Below the pieces are notes generated by a model. That model saw nothing but the letters and a program-made list of their open reading frames with translations, ran no database searches and had not been told where the DNA came from. Of a stretch of DNA of 64,000 nucleotides, positions 1-11,982 are shown piece after piece. The translations under genes were made by a program, and so were the position numbers. This DNA is from Tubulanus polymorphus (lineage: Eukaryota; Animalia; Nemertea). The DNA is taken from positions 1,674,001-1,738,000 of the forward strand of contig NC_134025.1 of NCBI RefSeq assembly GCF_964204645.1. The letters run 5' to 3'. Positions within the stretch are counted from its first letter, which is position 1, and the number at the start of each line of letters is the position of its first letter.

Positions 1-1429
1 TGTTTGTGACGGAAGACATTTGTCCTTCGTAAATTAAAAACAAATACGGCGACCCGTGATATATTGACATTAGCTTGTCAGAAGGAAATCGGCCTCAGAC
101 AACTTAGCTTTTGTCTAATCGGTAAACACGAACGTTCTATATGTGTTTATTCATGAATTTGATTTAAGTGAAATGTGCTAAAATCAGCAGGATCCAGTTA
201 CATTAGAATCAATTATAAGACTAGTCGCTGTGCATGAAAGATGCATAATATGAAGATCTCTAACGACGAAAATTTGTTACATCGATGTTTCTGGTAAAAT
301 TCTTCTATCCAATTTTTAGAGATCTACTTAGGAAAAAATAATTTTTTTTCTAGTCAGGTATCTGAAGATGGATTGAAGTTTTAATCATATCATCATCATG
401 ATTTCGTTTCGAAAAGCCCAACGTTTTGCTTCATAACTAAAAGAAAATACGTTTCTTAGAAAACGTTTTAGATAATATGTAAAGCCAGGTGATTGAAAAT
501 CAGTTACTAGGTAACTAATCATAATTTTCTTTTGAGAAACTGGAAAACGATGAATTGTTGATATTTCTTTATTATAGATTCGTTAGAATTGGAAGATACA
601 CAATTATCGGTTTATCAGATTTCCAATGTTTTCGTCGGTGGAAGTTGTTTTGCAATTTCGCTCTTAATGAATTATTTACGCGACCGATAACTAATTAAGT
701 TAGCCTATAATAACGTGTTTTTGTAATAACACTCGTAAATCTGTCGTGTTGTCGCGTGGCAGTTTGTTGATTCTAATCTCAACGAAAACAAATTTATCGG
801 TTACACGACACACGTCATAAAATACATCGCCAGTTCAGTAGATCCTCGTAATAAATTGAAATTGTTATTTGTAATTTTGTTGGCTACGCCCGATTCGGGT
901 CATTTAGTAGACGCAAACAAAGCTATCATTTGAGCAGAATATGTTTCGTGGTCATTGTCTGTGATTAGCCAGACACAACGAGCTAGTTTCACAAGAATAC
1001 ACGTATCAACTTGATACGTCGAATAGACCGAGTCTTTCCCTTATTGAAGTGAGTTTTAGAATGTTTGAGAAATTGAGTAGTTGATAATCAAAGTGTACAC
1101 AGAAATAGTTTGATTTGAACACTTTATTTTTCAAATATAATTTACAGCATAGTGTACAAAGCATAATACAAAATACAGTAAATTAGACCTGGAGGGGCCT
1201 GTAGAAACTAAGGAATAGTTTGTATAAAACAGGTCCCTCAAAAGAGAAAAGAAAAAAAGAGAAATGCAATAAAGAAAATAATATGCTCACAGTCAACCCT
1301 TAACACACAAAATGCAATCAAAGTAAACTATGATAACAGCTTGATTAAGATATAATCATTTAATAAGCCAGTTATTTTCTGAAATATTCCAAAAACAATA
1401 ATTTTAGTTCGAATAACTGTATGATAAAA

Positions 1430-4381
1430 TCAAGCACAAAGTTGCTTTCTATAATTTCTTAGGAACAGTTTAGAATTTTCCATGTTTTTTAGATTTTCAC
1501 TGATGTTATTCCAAAGTAAAGGGCCGGATACTTTTACTGAAAATTTTCTTCTTAGACTATTGAAAGAAAGTGTTTGTAAATCTTGACGTCGCCGAGTATT
1601 GTGACTGTGGATTTGAAAATTTTGGTTCCAATAATTTTCGAATGATTTCGGTAATTAATTCGGAGTGGACAGATCTGTAGATAAAAGTACCTAGCTGAAG
1701 TTTATTGATATCTTTGAGCTTGAGGATATTATAAGCTTTGAATATAGGGTCAGTGTGCGCCAAATAATAGGAATTAGAAATTAGCCTGATAGCTCTTTTT
1801 TGCAATACAATTAATGGCTGAAGTTTATTTTCAAAATTTCGTCCCCAAACTAAGTTACAATACTGGAGGTAAGGATCAATAAGCGACAAATAAAGGGTAC
1901 GAAGAGAACTCACTGGCAGCTTATGTCTTACTCTATTTATTATACCAATGCTTCGAGAAACTTTTTTTTCAACTGATTTTATTTGATCGTCCCAGGTTAA
2001 ATTTCTGTCAATAAAAACTCCAAGAAAATTTGTGACATTGACTTGTTTGATCTCTATATTGTTAATTGATATTCTCAAGTTATGTTTCAATAGTTTACCG
2101 AACACCATAAATGACGTCTTCTTTACATTTAATGACAGCTTGTTTGTTTGAAACCAGGTATACAATTTTGATAATTCAATGTTTACTGTACGTACTAATC
2201 TGTCTAAATTAATGTCACTATAAAAGGCATTTGTGTCATCGGCAAACAATATAAGTTTTAACACATTAGAAAATTTAATACAGTCGTTTACATATAATAA
2301 AAAAAGCAAGGGACCTAAAATTGAGCCTTGGGGTACTCCAGTTTTAACGGTACATAACGAGGATTTATAATTTTGAATTTGAACAAATTGTTTTCTATTC
2401 TTCAAATAGTTTTCAAACCAGTTGTTAGAGATGCCTCTTATTCCATAAAAACATAATTTTCTTAATAAGATTTCGTGATCAACGGTGTCAAAGGCTTTTG
2501 ATAAATCTAAGAATACCCCAATAGTTGATTTGTTTTCTTCTAAATTTTGTGAAATTTCATCAGTTATCAATGTTAAGGCCATGGCAGTTGAATGGTTCTT
2601 TCGAAAGCCGAACTGGTTTGGTTGAATGATATGAAACTTGTTACAATATTCGGTTAATCGATTATACACTATCTTTTCGAGAATTTTAGAAAAGCAAGGC
2701 AGTACGGATATCGGTCTGTAATTATCAAAAGAGTCATTATTGCCAGCTTTATAGAGTGGACGTATTCGCGCTACCTTCAGTTCAGCCGGCACTATACCGG
2801 AATTTAAGCTACAGTTAAACATATGAGTTAGCGGGTATTTTACAGAATCAATTATTTTCTTAACTACTTTTACAGAGAAACCATCAGCACCAGCGCCTTT
2901 GCTGGGTGAGAAATCATTTACAATCTGACTGATTTCATCAGGGTGGGTTGGGAAAAAGAAAAAGTTTTCATTTACTGGATCTGTCAGATATTCACTGAAG
3001 TGGACACCTGTATCTGGTATTTGATTGGCTAGGTTGCTACCAATATTTACAAAGAAAGAATTAAATTCATTAGCGATATTTTCATAGCCGTTTACAATGA
3101 TACCGTTCCTTTTGAAAGAGCAAGGTAATCTACACCGATCATTGGAAGATTTTCCAATTAGACTGTTTAAGATATTCCATGATTTTTTCATGTCGGATTT
3201 GGCTGCAAGTAATTTAGTCTCATAATACTTTTTCTCGGCATATTTGAGTGTACGAGACAAGGTACGTTTGTAATTCAAATAATTTTTCAAATGTGATCTA
3301 TTACGCAAAGATTTTCTGTACAAGCGATTTTTGTGTTTAATACATTTCAATAATCCAGATGATAACCACGGTTTATGTAATTTATTTTCGTTTATTTTAC
3401 GGGGAGTTGAAAAAGGAAAACATTCATTATATAATTCCATGAATTTAGTGTTAAATGCGCTGTATGAGAGTTGCGGGTCTGCATTACTATAGATATCCGA
3501 CCAATCAGTGGCCAGAAGAGCTCTATTGAATTTTGAAATGTTACGTTCACAATAGTTTCTGTTCGAAGTCACCTCTTGGTCAATTTTGGGCTCAACGTGA
3601 TTACAGACAGTGAAAATAGGAAAATGATCCGAAATATCGGTACAAATAATACCCGTACTAAACACATGGCGAATATCGTTACAAAAAATATTATCTATAA
3701 GCGTCGAGGATGTGGGAGTGATTCTTGTGGGTTTATCAACTAATGGAATGAACCCAAATGAAGTCATATTTTCTAAATAGTTATCAGTTGGTCTGTGGGC
3801 GTTAACTTGTAGTAAATCGATATTGAAATCGCCCATAAGATAGCATACTTTGTCTTCTCTATTAAGTTTCACTAAAAGTGGAATTAATTCATTATTAAAG
3901 CCATTTATGCTTTGTCCGGGTGGTCGATAGATCAGACCAATTAATTTATTTTTTTCTTTTTCAAGAATCAATTCAATAAATAGACATTCAAAAGTATTTC
4001 TATCCTCGGATAGATCTGGTCTAAGTTTCACATTAAAACTTTCTTTGAAAAATAGGGCCAAACCTCCTCCCTGACAATTTTTTCTACACTTAAAAACACT
4101 TTTCATACCTGGGAGATTATACAGCCTGCCATTATCATGAAGTTCGCTAGTCCAGGTTTCGGTTAACCCGAAAATAGAAAAGTCAGTTTTTAAATTGCTC
4201 AAAAAATATGAAAATGTATCAAAATTTCTGTTACAACTACGAATGTTTAAAGCACAGATTGAAAAATGTTGCTTTTCAAACTCTACAGTAGAGTTTACAT
4301 CAAAGTATTGACATTTGTTATTATTAAAGATGTCGATGATGAATAAGTATAGGGTAGATAATACTCGTTAATAGGTAGCAT
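1430..4381 (-). pseudogene. LINE ORF2: APE endonuclease + reverse transcriptase, disrupted
   Basis: APE motifs LNIRS (in frame upstream of the called ORF start), LTETW, YRPP, GDFN, IDNIF, SDHFPI. RT motifs YRPISVL, QFGFR, DLSKAFD, GVPQGSILGP, FADD. An AATT duplication at 1653-1660 shifts the C-terminus; the restored frame ends ...HSHNTR...LWNNI...KQLCA* at 1430. Confidence 0.9.
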
Positions 4382-4383
4382 TA

Positions 4384-5853
4384 TTAGACTGATGTTATCG
4401 GTAAATCATCCGGGACTGAAATTCTGTCCTTTTTGGCCATGTGAACAGTTGGGCTAATATCGGATGATGATGTCTGACTTCTGGTTCGTTTTTTATTCTG
4501 ATCCGGTGTTAATGCACGAAGAAAGACTTGTGTAAGTTCTTTGGCACCATCGATTCCAATATGGATTCCTGACCTATCAGTTGAATCAAATAACGACTGG
4601 TTAACTGAAAAATTTGGTTGGAATACCAAATCATTGTCTATATAGTTCAAATGATTTTCACTGTCACATAGCTTTCGAAGATAGTTATTGATCTTTGAAG
4701 AAGTGTCATTGTAGGTTAGCGCGGTCTTACTTTTTCCTTTACGCGGTAGTATACTAGATACATTAATTTGAGCGCTGGGAAATGTATTTCGAAGGATATT
4801 TATCATTTTTGACATATCCAGGATTGTTTGGTCATGATCGTCTTTGTTTCGAGTCATGTCGTTGGTCCCTAGATGGCAGATTATCGATTTTATTTTCGCA
4901 TTTTCAATAGACGGGTCCACTTTCTGGAGAAGTTTATTTACATCATGGGCCGTTGCACCCGAAACGCTGCACACGTGAACGCTTTCCGGAATATCTGTAA
5001 ACATCAGGCGAGAGCAGTTCGAGTCACCCATAATAATATGTTTCGGGGGCACAATTGTCGAGCTAGCGGTGCGGCTCTCTGCAGGTGACATGTCAGTGAC
5101 GGTAGACTGAGTATGAGTAGGAGTTTTAACTGTGGAATGTGATTTGTCCTCACATGATTGATGATCAGTTATGTCGTCGTCAAAATTTAGTCTTTTTTCC
5201 AACCCCTGTAATATCGGACATTCTGATTTTTTATGCCCTTCCTTACGGCAGTAGAAACATAAAACGCCAGATGGACAATTGGCTGCTAGATGGTCTGGAG
5301 ATTTACATTTAAAACAGAGTTTGCGAGTACGCAAGAGACAACGATAATACTGGTGATCCGTTTCACCGCAATACACACACTGCGTTTTATTATTATCGCA
5401 GTAAAGTCGGACTTCAAATCTTCCAAATTTTGAATTAACTGGAATTATACTTTTCACTTTAAGCAATTTAGCATAAATAGAGCCATTCAAAATATCGGTG
5501 TCTTTTATTTTCCCTCTTCTGATACTCCCATTTATTACCTCACCGTATGTCGATAATTGGGAGGCAATGAACGCATCTGATAATTCAACTGGTGCATCTT
5601 TAATTGTAACGTTCGTAACATCTTGTACATCGTCAGCTTTATCAACTTTTAACGTGCGGTCTCTTATGTTCGGTGGATTTTTTATGAAATCCTCAACTGC
5701 ACTCGTGTCCTTGAACGTAATTCTACACTCACCAGTTTTTGTGATTTGAATCGCACGCACTCGAACTGATTTAGATCCCAGGGCTGATAGGATATCACTT
5801 TCCGTAATCCTTCCACCATAACAAACGACCGTGAGAGGTCTTTTTAGATCCAT
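4384..5853 (-). CDS. LINE ORF1: RRM-like N-terminus, three CCHC zinc knuckles, C-terminal SGNH/GDSL esterase-like domain
   Basis: CVYCGETDHQYYRC, CFKCKSPDHLAANC and CFYCRKEGHKKSEC (CX2CX4HX4C). Esterase blocks IMGDSN, SGAT, HLGTND, DRSGIH. First ATG at 5853 (the ORF track starts at an upstream TTG). Confidence 0.88.
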   Translation of the reverse strand: MDLKRPLTVVCYGGRITESDILSALGSKSVRVRAIQITKTGECRITFKDTSAVEDFIKNPPNIRDRTLKVDKADDVQDVTNVTIKDAPVELSDAFIASQLSTYGEVINGSIRRGKIKDTDILNGSIYAKLLKVKSIIPVNSKFGRFEVRLYCDNNKTQCVYCGETDHQYYRCLLRTRKLCFKCKSPDHLAANCPSGVLCFYCRKEGHKKSECPILQGLEKRLNFDDDITDHQSCEDKSHSTVKTPTHTQSTVTDMSPAESRTASSTIVPPKHIIMGDSNCSRLMFTDIPESVHVCSVSGATAHDVNKLLQKVDPSIENAKIKSIICHLGTNDMTRNKDDHDQTILDMSKMINILRNTFPSAQINVSSILPRKGKSKTALTYNDTSSKINNYLRKLCDSENHLNYIDNDLVFQPNFSVNQSLFDSTDRSGIHIGIDGAKELTQVFLRALTPDQNKKRTRSQTSSSDISPTVHMAKKDRISVPDDLPITSV

Positions 5854-5932
5854 GTTTAAACTTGCGGCTAACTGAGAATTGAGGTAAAAATCCAAAAAAC
5901 CATATCAGTGACGGAGAAGCGACTCCAACACC

Positions 5933-5945
5933 GCCGCCATTTTGA
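5933..5945 (-). promoter_or_regulatory. YY1-type motif (CAAAATGGCGGC) at the LINE 5' end, candidate internal promoter element
   Basis: Plus strand GCCGCCATTTTG ~80 bp upstream of the ORF1 ATG; matches the YY1 core AANATGGCG. Confidence 0.5.
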
Positions 5946-6304
5946 ATCCTCGGTTGAAAAATGAAAATCATTCAGAACTCGATATTAAAGAGCAACATTC
6001 ATAACAGAAAAAATAGACAGTTTTTTCATCCGTTTATAAGGATATAGTGAATCATACACGATGTTATCCTACTTCTAATCAAACAGACGTGCTCGTTAGA
6101 AAACTGTCATTTGGGAATTATTTATTCCCAAAACAATTCGTATTACATGAGTATAATAACATATCAGATAGTTAAATACATTGTGTCTGGTAACAGCGAA
6201 TCCAGTCCTAGTTGTTGTATACACTGAATGGGTGGCTACTGACTAGACGCTGAATGTAAGTACAAATTAGGCACAAAACGTTTAGTCTAAATGGATAAAA
6301 TGTA

Positions 6305-6376
6305 GGGCCCAATTTATAGACTGGTATCTACTACCCGCGGGTAAAGATGATGAATACCAGTCTATAAAATCAGCCT
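6305..6376. mobile_element. Small hairpin/MITE-like inverted repeat
   Basis: TTTATAGACTGGTAT (6313-6327) and ATACCAGTCTATAAA (6354-6368) are perfect 15-bp inverted arms around an internal palindrome TACCCGCGGGTA. Confidence 0.6.
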
Positions 6377-7222
6377 TAAATGTTAAACGATCTTAGTTAA
6401 GTAGTTTTATTTTCATAGGATTGAATGAAAATTCTCTCTCGCCGACGTTGTATATACCTGTGATAAAAAGATCGGAAGCATATAACAAAAATATGCGATA
6501 ATTTCTAAAGCAGTTCGACTCGTAATAATCGATGATTTTTAAGCAGCTTTTTTTAATAGTTAAAGTACGAACAGATGCATTTAGTTATGAATTGAAAATA
6601 TTTTTCGAGTGTCGCGGTTTATAGATCGATCTGGGATGAGATATGAACGAATGTACATAACATACATTCATGCGTATTGTACAAATATCGAATATATATT
6701 TGTTTTAAAACATAACGAATGGAGAGAGTCATTCGTTTAGAGCCGTCGGATATTTTTTCATAGGGGAATTTTATATGAAATCATGACTATAAGGTCAGTA
6801 TTCATATTCATACATATCTCTAAAAAACGATTATTTTCATAAAAGCGATATAATGTGACGATCATATTTATCTGAAGTTTCGCTAAAAAAGGTCGTTTAT
6901 GGCTCTTTTTGAAATGTCTTATTAATGTTTTTCAGCGGAATGCTATGAATAATAATGAAGCTGTTTGAATCAACTCGATTCAAAGGCGAGGTAAAAATAA
7001 ACAGTTAAGCTATCTAGAAAGAGTTTCAAAGCTGCTCTGTTCCTATTGATGTGAATATTGAACAGTGTGTGACATATGTTTCAGGGTTGTCCACTGGAAT
7101 TCAACCTACCTACTCGATTATATGTCGGACATAGAATTGAGATACAAGTTATACCTTCCAGACTCTTCAAGAGGTTACAAAAACGTTTTCTATTGTTCAC
7201 TCTGTATTTGAAAAAGAAAACT

Positions 7223-7338
7223 CAGGGTCTCGTTCCAAAGTTCAAGGTCAAGTTTGACTTGGGCGTTAGAATCAGTTCATTTTGAGTGTTATAACGCAAG
7301 AGTCAAGTTTTAACACAGAACCGCGGAACTAGGTCCAG
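7223..7338. mobile_element. MITE family A, diverged copy
   Basis: Termini GGTCTCGTTCCAAAGTT ... AACCGCGGAACTAGGTCC resemble the TIRs of the copies at 27536 and 35373. Confidence 0.55.
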
Positions 7339-8859
7339 AGTTCTGCTGTAACATATTTGCTTTTTCACTGTTAATGTCTTATAGATTTAGTTTACGGTTT
7401 GAATCTGATTCTCCTGATGCCGGTGGGAAGATCTACTCTCCACTCTTATTCTATTACGGTACTGAATATGGAGGACGAATAGTGGTCCGTTCTGAAACTA
7501 TGACGTCACAACGCGAAGTCGTCAGAGATCAAGAATTAACCGTCATCCCCGCCGAACCGATTATATACAGTATTGTTATTGAGGCAGGAAAATTCGTGGT
7601 ACGTCATCAAAATCGAGTATTCGTTCTCGTAGTAGGAGGCACAGGTCTCTCAAAGCTCTTTCAAAAGAAAAGATCGTAGTACATCGGACTTAGTTCGATG
7701 AATTTCCAATAAATGTCTTGTAACCCCAGCAGATAGTGAGTGATATGGCTTGACTAGTCACGTCGCAAGCTTAAAGTTTACCTTAATGTTACACACGTTT
7801 ATTCTGTGAATTCAATATCTATCCGATGACATTATGAAATTACCAATTATAGTTATACGTGTCAGATGGTGTAATAGAAGCCGAATATAGCGATGAATCT
7901 CTACTTGAAAATATCAAACGTATAAAAATAGACGGAGACGTGTTAGTGTTATACGTAGATTTAATGGTAGACGAAGAATTTCTAAAGAGAAACGGGTAAT
8001 TGATTTAGAGTCTCATTCAAACACCAGTATTATCTCTGATATCAACAGCGACTTATCACCTCAGAATCTAATAAATGATAAGCATCGATAAAACACCCTT
8101 TCCGTGTTGTAACGATAACATGAAATCGAGTCCGAAATATTTCATTGAGCTCAGATTTGATTCGACGTTTCACTTTTATCCCATCAGTCATATTCGGGAG
8201 TACTGGATAGTTGATATTAGATATTAGCTCAAATAAACAATCATTACAAATAAACGAAGTTTTTCTGAGCCACCGATGAACTGACCACTTCAGATATTTA
8301 CCATTTCAGGGATACCAGTAATTTCAAAGCGTTACGACCGAAGGATAGAGCCAAAGCCCAGATGACTCTCTGCTGTGGAGGCTGTTGTATACTATAGACT
8401 TTCTGTTGTGATAATTATGTATATAACGACTTGAGTGTATATCGTATATCTTATATCGTAAATCGTATGGATTTCATTCTAGTATTAAACTGCTACATCA
8501 TCGGGATAGAAACGAATTAACCAGCATTCACATACGTCATCAAATTCCGTTGTTCTGAACTTTGTAACTCGCAAAACCTACAGAGAATATACGCGTATAT
8601 TACTACTACGTTATATACAAAAAGGGGAAATAACTGATATAATGATTTATGATAAATAATAGCTTTAGAGGAGCTGATTTGTGTAGTTAATCGTGTGTGT
8701 GTAAATATGTCTATTTAGGCCGGTAATTAAGTGATTTGATGCATGTACCCACGACTAGTCACCACAGCCGTATAGTCAAACAGTGAACGAACTGTTTTTT
8801 AAAACTTTCTGTTAGATTCTCTAACTCCAGGGAACAGTGAATTCTTCAGACAACTGACA

Positions 8860-9988
8860 ATGTCTCGTCCTCACATTGCGTTATCAGTGATTGCGTTGAT
8901 CGTTCTCGTTTTTGGACTTGGTGATGGAAAATCTAACCGCCTGACAAACTCGATAAGGCATCGAGCAATAGTTTCAGTCTCGGAGGATTCTCTACCGGGA
9001 CATGTCGTTTACCAACTGAAAAGATTCCCTAACGCCAAGTAAGTTTTTAGATTTAATTTCATGCGAATTTTCAGGTTTTCACAGATGAATTCTCCGATTT
9101 TTATCGAAATTTCAGTTTATAAACGCGAAAACAGTTGAAATTACGTTAACTGATTTCATGAGAAACTACGAGCTCTCGCTACTAGTATAGAGTAGGTTCG
9201 CCAGGTAAATGAGTAACAAGTCAAACATCAGCATCTATAGGGACAGTGACATTGATCAGAGAATACAGTGTTACGCGAATACATCAAATTGTATCGTAGC
9301 TTCATGACCACCCATTATCCTGATGAAGCAACTATATACCTTGTAGCAAAAGCTCGTAATTTCTAAGAAATCACACAGTACGACCTGTATTCACGTTTAC
9401 TGGTTTGATACCGAAAATAGTTTGTCCGTGATTTCATTATCAGATCGTTTTTCCAACAGGTACGTTCTGGTTAGCCGGTACGTCGACATAGATGCGCAGA
9501 CGACTCTGAGAGTTGACCCCGATACCGGACGCGTGGTTCTGTTACGCAGGTTCAAACATCACGATCGCGTCAGTTATAAATTATTCATCGAAACTAAATC
9601 GGCGATTAATGGTGAAATACTCGACGAATTCACTTTAACAGTGAATGTAATCGACGTGAACGACCACTCTCCTGATATTACTGTGAGTACCTATGCAGCT
9701 GATGGTCGTTCGCTGACGGTAGCTACCGGTCAGAAAGCTGCCGGCATAGCTTTCTTACTCGTTACTGATCTGGATCACGGACTGAACTCGAAAATCGCCT
9801 GCTCACTCGATAATCAGGATTTTAAGCTCGACGAACTTAACGACGAAGATAACGATTCGGCGCAATTTGAATTAATGAACTCGAAAGTGTTTGACACGAA
9901 ACAAATGATTGAAGTTACTTTAGAATGTCACGATTTCGGTCAGACGCGTAAAAGTAGTAGTAGAAAATTGACCATCAATGTTATCTAA
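8860..9988 (+). CDS. Secreted two-cadherin-repeat protein (protocadherin-like ectodomain fragment), 2 exons (8860-9038, 9460-9988), ~235 aa
   Basis: Signal peptide MSRPHIALSVIALIVLVFGLG. A phase-2 GT-AG intron joins the two ORFs in frame. Cadherin motifs VSEDSLPG, VDPDTG, VIDVNDHSP, VTDLDHGLNS, CHDFG. Stop at 9988 and AATAAA at 10041. Confidence 0.8.
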
Positions 9989-10922
9989 TAACCGTATTCA
10001 CAAATAACCGATATATTTCATATTCGCATAACAAGTTAGAAATAAATGAATTGCAATCTTAAACAAAACATGTATTTAAATGTTGGGGTCTAACTGCAGT
10101 TTTGGTCGTTTTGGTTGAGTACGATTAACAGGGCTAAACTGTAGTCGCTCCATATTTTGTGGTCACACTATGCTGTTTGTTGCAAATACATAAATGCTGT
10201 TGCTTTTTATTCCGAATTTGATCATGGATCGTGAAGTCTGATTAAACTATTATTTTTATCATTATCAAAGTGTTCGATTGTGATATGTTTTCAGTATTAT
10301 TTAAATGATATATAAGGAGGTCTGTTGGAAAGTGGCACGTTTTTCTATGTGAATCAAGGAAGAAACGACCAGGATACAGTTCCACCGGTAATCAGATACA
10401 GATGACTTCGAGTCAAACTTAACCCACAATTGTCATCACTGAATTGTCGTAGTTTCACAATGTTTTTGAACAGTTATGTGTACATACTATCACACCAGTG
10501 ACATCAAGTGTTTCTCATAGACATGTCTGCTAATTATGGTATGTCCTCATTCTATCGGTTATTTCTGACTGTAACACTGGGTCCAGTCGGGAAATTACAA
10601 CGACTGTTAACCTAATATTTCCATTCCACCAAAACATTTACTCGAAGTACCATACACGAGAGCCCAAGCTACTTATTCACGCGTCCTCAATATTTCCATC
10701 ACAAAATTAATGCGATAATCATAAGAAACTTATTGCACAGAATCTTAAAACCGATAGAAAAATATAAACAAGAGAAAACGGTGACAATGTATTATTTTTT
10801 ATTACTTAAATGACTCTGCAGTGAACCGTAAACAAAGATCTGAACCGTGGAAGTGGAAGGTTTATTCCAACAATATCGTCATTGACAATAACAAACTTCA
10901 CTCGAGCACATCGCTAAACACC

Positions 10923-11040
10923 CCGGTCGGCTTGGCCGAATGGGTTTGAACGATCGCCTCAGAGGACGTAGGTTCCGAGATCGAATCCTCGCAGGTATCT
11001 CATATTTGAAGCGCCTAGGATAGTAGCACCTTTGGTAAGG
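10923..11040 (+). mobile_element. tRNA-derived SINE head (Pol III A and B boxes)
   Basis: A box TGGCCGAATGG (10933-10943) and B box-like GAGATCGAATCC (10977-10988). No convincing cloverleaf or acceptor stem. Confidence 0.55.
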
Positions 11041-11982
11041 ATAGAATTTTTGTCCGATGCCTTAACTTTTCAAGTCATACACATCTCTTAACTATCCGTT
11101 TCAAGTTGCCAACTTTTTATGTTAAAACAGTGTATGAATTGTGATAAAGCATTTTGCTATCATATATCCTCAATGTTTTTTAGAGTTTGTTAATAAGATC
11201 AAGTCGATTTCTTTTCTATTTGGGTCATCTTTAAATATATCTATCCAAGTTTAAATACAAAGAAATTCACGCGCAGTTGATTTTGTTCAGTGAATGGCGT
11301 GTTTATTGTCTCTAAACCAGATATTTGAAATAGACGTTGATTTTTATGCAGCAATTTTCCGTCGAAAAAGACGTATAACTACTTTATAGAAAGAGCAGTG
11401 TTTGAATGAACTTCGTATTGCTGTGAACATCTCTTCACGTAAGTTGAGTTTGTATTCATAACTGCGTTGATTTCAGAATTTGCATATAACATCCACTTGT
11501 CTCACCAGAAATCATCTATTGCATTACGATTCTTAACGACATTATATGATATTTTTCTCTAAGTATTTTCATTTAAATAATTCATTCCAATGACCTATTT
11601 TCACCTAGCAATTGAAAGAGTAAGTATACATTTTAGAATAGAAAATTTCGTTATATAAGAACCAATCCTTATCCTAGAAATTAGATTTCTCTGTTTAGGG
11701 TTCACTCTATCTAGTTAAGTAAATTATAGTATTGTTTGCGTGGGGCACGTAAAGAGTGAGAGGTAGTTAGTCATTTTGTGCTTAGAAAATGAGGTTAAAT
11801 ACACGAGATTTGAGTGTTTTATTTAACAATGGGTGCGAGAGACGAAATTAAAAAGAAACCGATCAAATGTATATGCGTGTGATATTTTACAAATGACCGC
11901 AGAACAGCCGAAAAAAAAAACATCAAATCGGGAAATAATTGGTTATTTGCAGGATATAATGTGTTGATATACAGCGTTGGAA

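Larger units (their letters stand above)
1108..5947 (-). mobile_element. Near full-length non-LTR retrotransposon (LINE, CR1/L2/Crack group), probably inactivated
   Basis: Two minus-strand ORFs (gag-like ORF1; APE+RT ORF2). The 3' end reads AATAAAGTGTTCAAATCAAAC (poly(A) signal plus short repeat tail) at ~1108-1128. The putative 5' end begins with CAAAATGGCGGC (~5933-5944). No clear TSD seen. Confidence 0.92.

Noticed and set aside
10923-10995. Possible tRNA gene
   Set aside because: A and B boxes are present but there is no consistent acceptor or anticodon stem; better explained as a SINE head.
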